Part shown: positions 1 to 9,249 of the stretch, in pieces
Layout: each line of letters begins with the position of its first letter
Position numbering within the stretch: position 1 is the stretch's first letter
DNA from: Candidatus Moraniibacteriota bacterium
Lineage (GTDB): Bacteria; Patescibacteriota; Minisyncoccia; Moranbacterales; GCA-2747515
Length of the DNA stretch: 64,000 nt
Direction of reading: 5' to 3'
NCBI GenBank assembly: GCA_016699795.1
Contig: CP065011.1
Coordinates: 610,474-674,473 of the forward strand
Program-made: the position numbers and the translations under genes
The notes under the pieces: model-generated
What the model saw: the letters and a program-made list of their open reading frames with translations, nothing else
Told to the model about the DNA's origin: nothing
Databases searched by the model: none

Positions 1-1845
1 AAGGGATTCCTCAAGAGCTTGTGTTGTTTTTTGGGTAATATTGATAGTTGTTTCATCCGGAAGATCGAGATAAATATAAAACTGTTCTTTGTCGGCTTTA
101 GGAAGCATTCGAAAAGGGAGTAATGATGTAAAGGGAAGGATGAGAACGGCAATAAGAAATAGTAATGTGAGGCCGAGAGTAATTTTTTGTTTTTTTGTAT
201 TTTGTAAGAGATGAGAAAGTGTCCTTACATAAAATAATTCAATTTTTTCTAATAGCTTTGAAAATAGGGTTACTTTTTTTGTTTCAGGATTTTCTGTTTT
301 TGGAAGAAGTATTAATGCTAAGAATGGATTAAGTGTGACTGAAAGTAGTAGTGAGGCAAAGAGTGCGACAGGAACAAAGAAAGGTATGGGTCCCATGTAA
401 GGCCCCATCATTCCGGTTACAAAAGCCATTGGAAAAAAAGCAAGTGCCATTGTTACAGTAGAAAGTGTAAGAGCACCCCCAACTTCGTTTACAGCCCGCA
501 CGATAAGTTTAATTTTATTTTCCTTTGGGTATAAACGGAAATAGCGAGCAATATTTTCCATGACGACAATAGCATCATCAACAAGGAGTCCTAAGGAAAG
601 GATAAGAGCGAAAAGAGTTATTCGATTTATAGTTTGTCCAGCGAGAAGACCAATTCCAAAAACAACCAAAAGTACTAAGGGTATAGAAATGGAGGTTATG
701 AGTGCATTGCGAAATCCTAAGAAAAGAAAAAGAAGAACAGCAACAATAATAATTGACTTAATAAGATCAAAACTAAGTTTGAAAATTTCTTCACTTGCAG
801 TATGACCTTCGTCACGTAATACAAAAACATTAACATCTTTAGAAATTATGTTTTCTTTGAGTTCTTCTAATCGCGTGAGAGTATTTTGAGAAACGGTTGT
901 GGCATTTTCACCCTTACCTTTTGAAAGAGCTATGTGCACCACTGGAACACTTGCTTTATCTTTCTCTGAAAGATGTACAAAATGAGTTATTTCTCCAGGA
1001 TTGTAGGAGATATCAGCAACATCTTCGAGACGGAGAAAGGTATTATTTTCTGTTTTTAAGATAATTTTAGAAAGATCTTCTATCCCTCTAATAGAACTAG
1101 AAATACTAACAATAGAATTCTTTTCTCCAGACTCAATAGCACTGATAGCAAATGACCCATTCGCTTGACTGAGTGTGTTGAGTACTTGAGTGAGTGAGAT
1201 ATTTTTTGAAGCGAGCGCTGAACCATTAAGTTCAATTTGTAATTGGTTTACATAACCACCCTTAATTTCCGTTTTAGATATTCCCGGAGTATGTTTGAGC
1301 TCATCAGAAATTTCTATAGCAATTTTTCGAAGAGATGTTTCTGAAAGAGTTGTAGAAGAAAGTCCGATATCTAAGATGGGAACATTTTCTGGATCAATAA
1401 CTTCAATATAAGGTTCTGAAGCGCCAAGCGGACGAGAGATTTGTGTATCCTTTAATTTCTGTGAGAGTTTGAGAATAGCCTCTTCTTGGGAAGATCCGAC
1501 AATAAATTGTACTAAAACAATGCTTTTTCCACCAGCAAAAGATTGAGAAGAAATAGTTTCCAAATTTGGAAGATTCGCAAGAGAGTCTTCTATATGACGA
1601 GTAAGAAGTTTATGCGTTTCTTGTGCTGAGAACCCAGGAAAATCTGTAATAATGGTAAAAGCCGGAGCGACAATTTCCGGATTATATTGTTTGGGCATGA
1701 GAAAAAACGAAAGACCTCCCCAGAGTGCTAATATGAGTAACGTAAGAGCGGATATCTTTCCATTTTTGAGAAATATTTGGGTAAGTTTTCCCGCTAAACT
1801 GAGAGAATTTTCATTTAAATTCACTTTTTCTTCTTTATTGTTCAT
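1..1845 (-). CDS. RND-family efflux permease (AcrB/CzcA-like). N-terminus at 1845; C-terminus runs off the window start, so the CDS is partial
   Basis: ATG at 1845 overlaps the TGA stop of the upstream adaptor gene (ATGA). Manual minus-strand translation gives MNNKEEKVNLNENSLSLAGKLTQIFLKNGKISALTLLILALWGGLSFFLMPKQYNPEIVAPAF at the N-terminus and a segment ...ALAFFPMAFVTGMMGPYMGP..., resembling conserved RND TM-helix motifs. The reading frame is open to position 1. The gene is absent from the ORF track only because it has no in-window stop. Confidence 0.8.
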   Translation of the reverse strand, partial: MNNKEEKVNLNENSLSLAGKLTQIFLKNGKISALTLLILALWGGLSFFLMPKQYNPEIVAPAFTIITDFPGFSAQETHKLLTRHIEDSLANLPNLETISSQSFAGGKSIVLVQFIVGSSQEEAILKLSQKLKDTQISRPLGASEPYIEVIDPENVPILDIGLSSTTLSETSLRKIAIEISDELKHTPGISKTEIKGGYVNQLQIELNGSALASKNISLTQVLNTLSQANGSFAISAIESGEKNSIVSISSSIRGIEDLSKIILKTENNTFLRLEDVADISYNPGEITHFVHLSEKDKASVPVVHIALSKGKGENATTVSQNTLTRLEELKENIISKDVNVFVLRDEGHTASEEIFKLSFDLIKSIIIVAVLLFLFLGFRNALITSISIPLVLLVVFGIGLLAGQTINRITLFALILSLGLLVDDAIVVMENIARYFRLYPKENKIKLIVRAVNEVGGALTLSTVTMALAFFPMAFVTGMMGPYMGPIPFFVPVALFASLLLSVTLNPFLALILLPKTENPETKKVTLFSKLLEKIELFYVRTLSHLLQNTKKQKITLGLTLLFLIAVLILPFTSLLPFRMLPKADKEQFYIYLDLPDETTINITQKTTQALEESL

Positions 1846-2990
1846 AGACCTTCTTTGATACTCATATTTTCAGACAGAGCATGCATACCTTCAATTATTA
1901 AAAGATCGCCAGGATAAAGACCTGAAATAATTTCTCTTTTATCTCCCATATTCGCTCCTAAAATAACAGATCTTTTTTTTGATTTCCCATCTTCAGAGAT
2001 AAAAACGAACATATCATCATATTGATGAATTATTGCGGATTCGGGAATAAGAATAGCATCCCGTTTTGGCTCGAGAGGGAAATATACTTCAGCGTATTGA
2101 CCAATGAGGAAAGAAGAAGAATTTATATTTTCTTTGATTTGAATACGAACAAGGGATTCTCCTGTATTTTTTCGAATAGTGGGGGAGACAGAAGAAACTA
2201 TTCCTTGAAAATGGTCTTTTGAATTTTCTGGAACTATAGAAACGGAAGATCCTTTTGAAAGTTGGTTTACAATACGAGCTGGAACAGAAACGCTTATCTC
2301 GATATGGGAGGGGGAGGTTATTGTATAAAGGGGTGTGTTTGGAGAAGTGAACGATCCAACAGATACTAATTTTTCCATAATAACTCCAGAAAAAGGAGCT
2401 TTAATAAAAAGATTTTCAGACATAACTTCTGCAAGATTAGAATTTCCTTGTGCAGAAATAACACTAACTTCAGCTCTAGCTATTTCAGAATCACGAAGTT
2501 TTTCGGCACTATTTATCAATTCTTCTGCTACAAGAACATCCTTACTCGTTGCATTTCCCTTATCCCGATCATTTTTTACTTTCTTGAGATTTGCTTCAGC
2601 TTCATCCACTTTTTGGTTAAAATATCTTTTCGTTTCTTCGAAAGATGTTTTGGTGGTATTAAGAAAATTTGAAGCATTTTTATTTTCAGTAGTAAATTCA
2701 TCTCCTTCCAAAATAGCAAGAACTTCTCCGGCGATTACATCATCACCAGGTTCTTTTTTGAGTGAAAGTACATAGCCATTTATTTTTGGAACAATATCTA
2801 CTTGTTGAGCGCCTTGTAGAGTTCCAGAAAATTTTTCTGTTGGTTGAAAAGAATTTGAAATCACCGTACTTGTTCGTACTGGTTGGGGATCTAAAGGAAT
2901 AGCTCCCAAAACATCTTTTTGTGAAGAAAAATATACTCCAATAATAAAAAGAAAAGTTAAAAAAAGAATTATCAAAAAATATTTTTTCAT
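1842..2990 (-). CDS. Efflux periplasmic adaptor / membrane fusion protein (HlyD/AcrA family)
   Basis: 382-aa ORF with an N-terminal TM helix (MKKYFLIILFLTFLFIIGVYF), a central coiled-coil region (EEAEANLKKVKNDRDKG...AEKLRDSEIARAEV) and a beta-barrel/lipoyl-like C-terminus. Sits immediately upstream of, and translationally coupled to, the RND permease. Confidence 0.8.
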   Translation of the reverse strand: MKKYFLIILFLTFLFIIGVYFSSQKDVLGAIPLDPQPVRTSTVISNSFQPTEKFSGTLQGAQQVDIVPKINGYVLSLKKEPGDDVIAGEVLAILEGDEFTTENKNASNFLNTTKTSFEETKRYFNQKVDEAEANLKKVKNDRDKGNATSKDVLVAEELINSAEKLRDSEIARAEVSVISAQGNSNLAEVMSENLFIKAPFSGVIMEKLVSVGSFTSPNTPLYTITSPSHIEISVSVPARIVNQLSKGSSVSIVPENSKDHFQGIVSSVSPTIRKNTGESLVRIQIKENINSSSFLIGQYAEVYFPLEPKRDAILIPESAIIHQYDDMFVFISEDGKSKKRSVILGANMGDKREIISGLYPGDLLIIEGMHALSENMSIKEGL

Positions 2991-3013
2991 ATCAGTAAAG
3001 TGAAGATTCTTGC

Positions 3014-3286
3014 TTATTTATTCTGTGCAGTTTGGATAATTTTAAGGAGTTCTTTTTGAAAAATTTTAAATTGTTTTGTTTGGGAGCTGGGTAATTTTTT
3101 TGAGGAACGTTCCATATGACTTTCTAACATTAAGAGATTTACAGACCTAAGAAGTCCTATGACGGAAAGATTTTGCTGAATAACAGAGAAACAATCAGGA
3201 TCTTCAGCTTCAATAAGAATAAGAATTTTCTCAAGACTGGTTTTCGCTTTTTTAAGAGCGATTGATATTTTTTCTTTTTGATTCAT
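3014..3286 (-). CDS. CsoR/RcnR/FrmR-family (DUF156) metal/stress-responsive transcriptional repressor, paralog lacking the C-terminal Cys ligand
   Basis: 90-aa ORF. The core ...LEKILILIEAEDPDCFSVIQQNLSVIGLLRSVNLLMLESHMERS matches the CsoR family helix pattern (x-Y-C-x-D-V-L-x-Q... H-x-x-x-C). Cys (DCFSV) and His (ESHMER) are present, but the second Cys found in canonical CsoR (HLESC in the paralog at 4676) is replaced. First gene of the regulator-adaptor-RND operon on the minus strand. Confidence 0.7.
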   Translation of the reverse strand: MNQKEKISIALKKAKTSLEKILILIEAEDPDCFSVIQQNLSVIGLLRSVNLLMLESHMERSSKKLPSSQTKQFKIFQKELLKIIQTAQNK

Positions 3287-3309
3287 ATGGAGATATATAT
3301 AAATAAATT

Positions 3310-3340
3310 ATAATACCATTACCTGTGGTATAGGTATTAT
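3310..3340. promoter_or_regulatory. 31-bp nested pseudo-palindrome ATAATACC-AT-TACC-TGT-GGTA-TA-GGTATTAT. Candidate operator for the CsoR-like regulator and efflux operon
   Basis: Read directly: ataataccattacctgtggtataggtattat. The outer arms ATAATACC/GGTATTAT and inner arms TACC/GGTA are reverse complements. Located 24-54 bp upstream of the minus-strand ATG at 3286. Confidence 0.35.
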
Positions 3341-3575
3341 GATAGAGTGAAGTAAAGAGGTTGTCAAGAAGATCTTGAATTCAATAATTATTTTTTAAAA
3401 CAGAAAGTATTTTGAAATGAGTAAATTTCTTCCAAGAAAAAAAAGAATAGTTGGACATTAATTTTTTGTATTAAGCTTTTATTTTGGAGCAAGTCTTTTC
3501 GTGATAAAAAAGCTTTTAATTTAAGCTGTGGATATTTCTGTAAAAATAAAATGATAGTTAATGCTACCAGGATTC

Positions 3576-4478
3576 TTACGCTTTTTCTGGTTGGACACCT
3601 GTTTCATTTTTTAGATTTTCTTCGTTCTCGTTAGTTTTTTCAGGGAGAAAGGAAAAATCTTTATTTTCAAGATTTATTACCGCAAGGGCGATGAGTGCGA
3701 TTGTTCTTAAAAATGGTATATACAAACCAAATTTTCCATTGAAAAGAAAAAGTACTTCGGGAAGTGTGATTAAATACATTCCTATTTTGTATGATTGGAT
3801 ATAGGTATAGGGAAGGTTTTTTATTTTCACCACGAGCCAGATGAAGAGCGTAGCAAAAAGCAAATAGAAAAGAGTTCCAAAAAATAAAAAGAAAAATAGT
3901 AAAAGAGGGGTAGCTACTAGAAAGATGAGAAATCCTATTTTCTTTAAAAAATGAGTAACTTTTTCGAAGAGCTCCTCTACCAAGAAACGGTCTATAGTTA
4001 TTTGTATTTCAGAAGGTATTTCGACAGTTTCGAATGTAAGACCGTCATCGTAGATAGCAATGGAATTTTTTCCAACAATCATGAGTGTCTGGTACTCCCG
4101 AAATAATTCTATCGTAGGGGTATTTTTGGTGTCGATTACTGCTATATTTTTCAGAGGATTTTTTTGTTCCCCTTGAGGAAGTGGATTTGAAAAAGGTATT
4201 TCATAGGGCTCGTTTTGATTGAGAGATACTTCTCCTTTGTTTATGAATAAAACTAGTTCATCGGGGTAAATTTTTTGAGATTCTTCCATAAATCGGTCAA
4301 CGGTTCCATTGAAAAGAAAATATGAAAAAACTGATATAAGTATGAGAGAAACTAACACAGAAAGAAGTGCTATAGATTTTGAAAAAAAAGCTAAACTTTT
4401 AAGAAAAGACTGGTGAGGAACTTCTTTATAAAATTCTTTATTATAAAAACTTTTTTTGAGAGATGTAAAAAAATGCAT
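3576..4478 (-). CDS. Hypothetical polytopic membrane protein
   Basis: 300-aa ORF with several hydrophobic helices (LLSVLVSLILISVFSYFLF; IGFLIFLVATPLLLFFFLFFGTLFYLLFATLFIWLVV). No family recognised with confidence. Confidence 0.5.
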   Translation of the reverse strand: MHFFTSLKKSFYNKEFYKEVPHQSFLKSLAFFSKSIALLSVLVSLILISVFSYFLFNGTVDRFMEESQKIYPDELVLFINKGEVSLNQNEPYEIPFSNPLPQGEQKNPLKNIAVIDTKNTPTIELFREYQTLMIVGKNSIAIYDDGLTFETVEIPSEIQITIDRFLVEELFEKVTHFLKKIGFLIFLVATPLLLFFFLFFGTLFYLLFATLFIWLVVKIKNLPYTYIQSYKIGMYLITLPEVLFLFNGKFGLYIPFLRTIALIALAVINLENKDFSFLPEKTNENEENLKNETGVQPEKA

Positions 4479-4623
4479 AGAAGTTTTTTTAGAAATATAT
4501 AGTTAAAGGTTATATATTTTTTTGAAAAAAGTCCACAGGCATAGAGGAAGATATAAATAGTAAAAAAAGAAAAATAGGAATACTTTCAAAAAATTCTTTA
4601 TTTTTAAAATTTTCTTTGCCTAT

Positions 4624-4652
4624 TTGACATACCCCCAGGGGGGTATTATAAT
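4624..4652 (+). promoter_or_regulatory. Sigma70-type promoter (TTGACA-17 bp-TATAAT) with a CsoR-box palindrome filling the spacer
   Basis: Sequence: ttgaca TACCCCCAGGGGGGTAT tataat. The -35 is at 4624-4629 and the -10 at 4647-4652. The spacer is a GC-rich inverted repeat (ATACCCCC-AG-GGGGGTAT) of the ATACCC...GGGTAT type bound by CsoR in Bacillus, Listeria and Staphylococcus. It lies 24 bp upstream of the csoR ATG. Confidence 0.6.
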
Positions 4653-4675
4653 GCGCAGTACATTAAAATATTTTT

Positions 4676-4939
4676 ATGACTATAGAGAAAGAAAAACTTA
4701 TTCGTCGACTTAAGATTATTGAAGGACAAATTAGGGGTCTACAAGATATGATCCAAAAAGGAACGTATTGTATTGATGTTATAACGCAAACTTCCGCTGT
4801 AAAACAGGGTCTTACAGCTGTTGAGGATAAATTAATGGAAGGTCATCTTGAAAGTTGTGTAATAAGACAAATGCAAAATGGAGAAGAGGCCAAAGCTAAG
4901 GCGGAAATTTTAAAAGTGTATCAATTAAAAAGAAAATAG
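4676..4939 (+). CDS. csoR: Copper-sensing transcriptional repressor CsoR
   Basis: 87 aa. LKIIEGQIRGLQDMIQKGTYCIDVITQTSAVKQGLTAVEDKLMEGHLESC carries the canonical CsoR ligand set (the Cys in YCIDV and the H/C in HLESC). First gene of the copper operon, directly downstream of the CsoR-box promoter. Confidence 0.85.
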   Translation: MTIEKEKLIRRLKIIEGQIRGLQDMIQKGTYCIDVITQTSAVKQGLTAVEDKLMEGHLESCVIRQMQNGEEAKAKAEILKVYQLKRK

Positions 4940-4942
4940 AGT

Positions 4943-5503
4943 ATGAAAGTTTCAATATATATTGTTCTTGGTTGTGTAGTTGTCTCTCTTTTTTTGGGTA
5001 TGAGCATAGGCTTCTATTTTACTCCAGAATATCAGTTCAATAAGTATGATAAAACAAGTATGGATCTAGGTATGGCAGATCATTGGCTTGATTTGAGATA
5101 TATAAATGCCATGATTGAGCATCATCGGGGTGCGATGCTTTTGGCTAATCAAGCATTAAAATATACAGAGCGAAAAGAAATGAAAGAGTTAGCAGGAAAA
5201 GTTCTTACAGATGAACCTCTCGCTATAGCAGAGTTGTATGAATGGAAAAAACAATGGTATGGCGATAAGAAAACGGTCCGCGATCCAGTTGTTTCAAACT
5301 TGGGAACGTATGATGAAAAATTTGATTTAAGATTTCTTAATGCACTCATCGCTCATCATGAAGCGGGTTTTATTATGACAAGTGATGTAAAGAAAAAATC
5401 AAGCAGAACAGAAATATTAAATAATGCGGATGTTGTTGATGTATTTCTTTCTACGACACTTAAAATTTTCAAGGATTGGAGAAAAGAGTGGTATAGCATT
5501 TAA
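4943..5503 (+). CDS. DUF305-family protein (four-helix, HH-motif; associated with copper resistance), with an N-terminal TM anchor
   Basis: 186 aa. Two repeats carry the family's His pair (MIEHHRGAMLLA and LIAHHEAGFIMT). Starts 4 bp after csoR. Confidence 0.6.
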   Translation: MKVSIYIVLGCVVVSLFLGMSIGFYFTPEYQFNKYDKTSMDLGMADHWLDLRYINAMIEHHRGAMLLANQALKYTERKEMKELAGKVLTDEPLAIAELYEWKKQWYGDKKTVRDPVVSNLGTYDEKFDLRFLNALIAHHEAGFIMTSDVKKKSSRTEILNNADVVDVFLSTTLKIFKDWRKEWYSI

Positions 5504-5521
5504 TTTTTTTGACATATCACT

Positions 5522-7786
5522 ATGACACAAAAGAACATACAAGTAAAAGGAATGCACTGCGCAAGTTGCTCTGCTATTATTTCAAAAAAAATAAAGAAAC
5601 TTTCTGGTGTAGAAGGGATAGAAATTAATTTTGTTACGGAAAAAGCAAAGATTATATTTGATCCTAAAAAAATCTCAATTGATGAAATGAATGAAGAAAT
5701 TGAAAAAATAGGATATCGTTTTGAAGAATACGAAGAGAATCAACAATATGATAAAGAAAAGAATAAAAAAACATCAAAAAATGAGGGATTAAAGAATCTT
5801 TTAGAGATGCAAGAAAAAGTCCAATTCGTTTTTCCTATTACGATTCTGGTATTTGTTTTTATGATTTGGGATATTGGGGCAAAATTATTTTCTTTTATTC
5901 CCAATATTCCCTTTTCAATGGAACTGTTTAATAGTATGGGGATGATTGTCTCCACTATTGTTTTATTTTGGATAGGACAACCTTTTATACAAGGAGTTAT
6001 AAGATTTGTTCGTTATCGAGTTGCGAATATGGATACTCTGGTAGGTATAGGAACAATGACTGCCTATATATACAGTATGATCATAACTCTATTTCCTCAG
6101 GCTAAAATTTTTTTCAAGCTTCCTGAATATACCTATTTTGATGTAACCATAGTTGTTATTGGCTTTGTTATTTTCGGTAAGTATCTTGAACTTCGATCGA
6201 AACGTCATACAGGGGAAGCGATAGAGAAATTACTTGATTTACAGGCAAAAACCGCATTGCTTTGGAAGAATGGTAAAGAAATAGAAGTTCCTATTGAAGA
6301 GGTTCAAATCGGTGATGTGGTGGTGGTGAAACCCGGGATGAAAATTCCTGTTGATGGAAAAATTATTGAGGGACAATCAACTATTGATGAATCAATGATA
6401 ACAGGTGAGTCTGTTTTTGTAGATAGAAAAATTGGAGATTTTATTTTTGGAGCTACGCTAAATAAACAAGGAGCTTTTAAGTGTATTGCAACAAAGGTTG
6501 GGAGGGAAACGCTTTTAGCTCAGATTATTAAAATAACCCAAGATGCTCAGGGATCAAGAGCACCGATTCAGGATCTTGCAGATAAAATTTCTCGTGTTTT
6601 TGTTCCTATAGTTTTGATTATTTCTTTGAGTACTTTATTTATTTGGTTGTTATTTGGTTCTACGGTACTTGGTTTTTCTAGTGCTTTGTCTTATGGAATT
6701 TTATCCTTTGTAGGTGTTCTTGTTATTGCTTGCCCTTGCGCATTAGGACTCGCTACCCCTACGGCAATTATTGTGGGTATAGGAAAGGGTGCAGAACGAG
6801 GTATTCTTATAAAAAATTCAGAAGCTTTGGAAAATTTGAGCAAAATAAATACGATAGTTTTTGATAAAACGGGAACCATCACAAAAGGAAAATTAGAAGT
6901 AACGGATATTATTATTCTTGATTCTCAATGGAAAGAAGAAACAATTTTACAGTGCGTTGCAAGCGTAGAAAATTCGTCAGAGCATCCTCTTGCGCAAGCC
7001 ATTGTTCGAAAAGCAAAAGAAAGAAAAATTGATCTAAAAAAAGTAGAGAATTTTAGAGCTCTTGAAGGAATTGGTGTTAAAGCTCATATACAAGATGCGA
7101 GGGTTTATGTTCGAAGACCAGATGAAAATGATAAAAATAATGTAGAAATAACATCACTTCAGAAAAAGGGAAAAACGGTAATAGTTGTTGAAGTTAATGA
7201 TAAGAAGATAGGACTTCTTGCCTTGGCGGATACTTTGAAACACGAAGCAAAGACGGTTATTGCCCAGTTACAAAAGAGAGGTATTGAAGTTGTTATGCTT
7301 ACAGGAGATAGCTATCTTACAGCCAATTCAATAGCAAAACAGGTGAATATTAAAACAGTTATCGCAGGGGTTTTACCAACGGAAAAAGTGGATAAAATTA
7401 AAGAATTACAACTACAGGGAAAGCGAGTGGTTATGGTTGGAGATGGTATTAATGATGCTCCAGCATTAGTTCAATCAGAAGTGGGTATTGCGATGGCAAC
7501 AGGAAGTGATATTGCTATTGAATCGGCGGATATCACCTTACTTCACGGAGATATACAGAAACTTTCACAAGCTATTCAATTATCTCAAATGACGATGCGA
7601 ACAGTAAAACAGAATCTTTTCTGGGCTTTTATGTACAATATTATTGGCATACCTCTTGCAGCGGGACTTCTTTACCCTTTATGGGGAATTATCCTTAATC
7701 CGATATTTGCAGGATTAGCTATGGCTGGAAGTAGTGTTTCTGTTGTTACTAATTCTCTTCGATTGAAGACGATGAAATTAAAATGA
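5522..7786 (+). CDS. copA: Copper-translocating P1B-type ATPase CopA
   Basis: 754 aa. N-terminal HMA domain GMHCASCSAII. TM6 CPC motif IACPCALGLATP. Phosphorylation site FDKTGTITKG. HP motif SEHPLAQAI. Hinge VGDGINDAPAL. Confidence 0.95.
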   Translation: MTQKNIQVKGMHCASCSAIISKKIKKLSGVEGIEINFVTEKAKIIFDPKKISIDEMNEEIEKIGYRFEEYEENQQYDKEKNKKTSKNEGLKNLLEMQEKVQFVFPITILVFVFMIWDIGAKLFSFIPNIPFSMELFNSMGMIVSTIVLFWIGQPFIQGVIRFVRYRVANMDTLVGIGTMTAYIYSMIITLFPQAKIFFKLPEYTYFDVTIVVIGFVIFGKYLELRSKRHTGEAIEKLLDLQAKTALLWKNGKEIEVPIEEVQIGDVVVVKPGMKIPVDGKIIEGQSTIDESMITGESVFVDRKIGDFIFGATLNKQGAFKCIATKVGRETLLAQIIKITQDAQGSRAPIQDLADKISRVFVPIVLIISLSTLFIWLLFGSTVLGFSSALSYGILSFVGVLVIACPCALGLATPTAIIVGIGKGAERGILIKNSEALENLSKINTIVFDKTGTITKGKLEVTDIIILDSQWKEETILQCVASVENSSEHPLAQAIVRKAKERKIDLKKVENFRALEGIGVKAHIQDARVYVRRPDENDKNNVEITSLQKKGKTVIVVEVNDKKIGLLALADTLKHEAKTVIAQLQKRGIEVVMLTGDSYLTANSIAKQVNIKTVIAGVLPTEKVDKIKELQLQGKRVVMVGDGINDAPALVQSEVGIAMATGSDIAIESADITLLHGDIQKLSQAIQLSQMTMRTVKQNLFWAFMYNIIGIPLAAGLLYPLWGIILNPIFAGLAMAGSSVSVVTNSLRLKTMKLK

Positions 7787-7796
7787 ATGAATTCTT

Positions 7797-8831
7797 ATGA
7801 CTAAACAAGAAAAAAAATATACGTTATATGTTCGAGGTATGCATTGCAATGCTTGTACACTTTTGATTGAAAATGAGATAGGAAATCTTCCAAATATTAC
7901 GTATGTAAAATCGCATTTAAAAAATAATTCTGTTGAATTTGAGGGCGATTTTGGAAATAAATCATTAGAACAAATTGCACAAGAATTTACAAGATTACTT
8001 GCGCCTCACGAGTATACATTTTCCACAGAAAAACAGAATGAAAATAAAAAATGGTCTGATTTTATAATTGCCATACCTATCGCTTTGGGATGTATTCTTT
8101 TGTTTGTATTTCTTCAAAAAATAGGAATTGTTGAAATGATACATGCTGAAAAAGTTACCTACGGTACAGCTTTTTTGATTGGTATCGTGGCTTCATTATC
8201 AACTTGTATGGCTGTTGTTGGGGGGCTTCTTCTTTCTTTGTCAGCTACCTTTGCTAAAGGGAATGGTTGGATGCGTTCACAGATTATGTTTCATGTCGGG
8301 AGAATAATAACCTTCTTTCTTTTTGGAGGAGTTCTTGGATCGATAGGGTCTGTGTTTACCCTAAGTGAAGTAGCGAGTTTTATGATAAGTTTTATAGTAA
8401 GTTTTGTTATGTTGATACTGGGCATAAATCTTTTGGAGATAGCTCCTTGGATGAAGAGATTACAGCCAACAATGCCAAAATTTATTATACAAAAAACACA
8501 AGGAATCTTGAAGATGAAATACACAATTACTCCATTATTTGTCGGTATGATAACTTTTTTTCTTCCTTGTGGTTTTACACAGTCAATGCAGTTTTATACA
8601 CTTTCAACGAAATCATTTTTAGAAGGAGGTTTGACTATGTTTTCATTTGCATTGGGTACCTTACCAATACTTGCTCTTATTAGTTTTAGTCCCTGGGGAA
8701 TACAGAGTGGAAAAATAAAATCAGGTATATTTTTTAAGGTAATTGGACTTATTGTGGTGAGTTTTGCTCTTTTTAATGTGATAAATAGTTTTGTCGCTAT
8801 CGGACTTATTTCTCCCGTATTTAATTTTTAA
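7797..8831 (+). CDS. HMA (CxxC) domain fused to a polytopic DsbD_2/CcdA- or TauE-like membrane domain. Putative copper-handling membrane protein
   Basis: 344 aa. N-terminal LYVRGMHCNACTLLIE is a heavy-metal-associated fold. About 8 predicted TM helices follow, with Cys residues in separate helices (SLSTCMAVVGG and FFLPCGFTQSMQ), as in DsbD_2/CcdA-type thiol-disulfide membrane proteins. Immediately downstream of copA. Confidence 0.6.
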   Translation: MTKQEKKYTLYVRGMHCNACTLLIENEIGNLPNITYVKSHLKNNSVEFEGDFGNKSLEQIAQEFTRLLAPHEYTFSTEKQNENKKWSDFIIAIPIALGCILLFVFLQKIGIVEMIHAEKVTYGTAFLIGIVASLSTCMAVVGGLLLSLSATFAKGNGWMRSQIMFHVGRIITFFLFGGVLGSIGSVFTLSEVASFMISFIVSFVMLILGINLLEIAPWMKRLQPTMPKFIIQKTQGILKMKYTITPLFVGMITFFLPCGFTQSMQFYTLSTKSFLEGGLTMFSFALGTLPILALISFSPWGIQSGKIKSGIFFKVIGLIVVSFALFNVINSFVAIGLISPVFNF

Positions 8832-8845
8832 TGAGAATAATTGTA

Positions 8846-9249
8846 TGAAAATTATTTTTCTTGTTTTTGTAGGAATCGTTGTTTTTTCTTTAAGCTTTCT
8901 CCTTTTTCGAAATAATACTATTGAGAAAGATATTCAAGTACTTACTACTTCAGGGGAATCAGATAACGTCTTTATGGAGGGAGAAAAACAAATTATACAT
9001 ATAAAGGCTAAGGGTGGTTATACTCCTCGAATAAGTAAGGCAAAAGTAAATATACAAACAATACTAAAAGTAAAAACGGAAGGGACATTTGATTGTTCTT
9101 CTGTTATAACGATCCCGAGTATGAAAATAAGTGAAAACCTTCCGCCAACAGGGGAAACGGAAATTGATTTAGGAATCCTTGAAGAAGGAACTATTCAGGG
9201 CACGTGCGGAATGGGAATGTATTCATTTCAAATTGACGTGAAAGAATAA
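8846..9249 (+). CDS. Small exported cupredoxin-like-fold protein (PF13473-like) with a C-terminal CGMGM motif; putative copper-binding periplasmic protein
   Basis: Start chosen at MKIIFLVFVGIVVFSLSFLL (a signal/anchor), not the overlapping upstream ATG at 8791. GGYTPRISKAKVNIQTILKVKTEGTFDCSSVITIPSMKI...GTCGMGMYSFQIDV follows the cupredoxin-like domain pattern. Last gene of the copper operon. Confidence 0.45.

Noticed and set aside
560-2775. Plus-strand ORFs inside the RND/adaptor region (560-805, 1652-1858, 2022-2222, 2335-2775, 2448-2672)
   Set aside because: They are antisense to strongly supported minus-strand genes. Low-complexity, no motifs.
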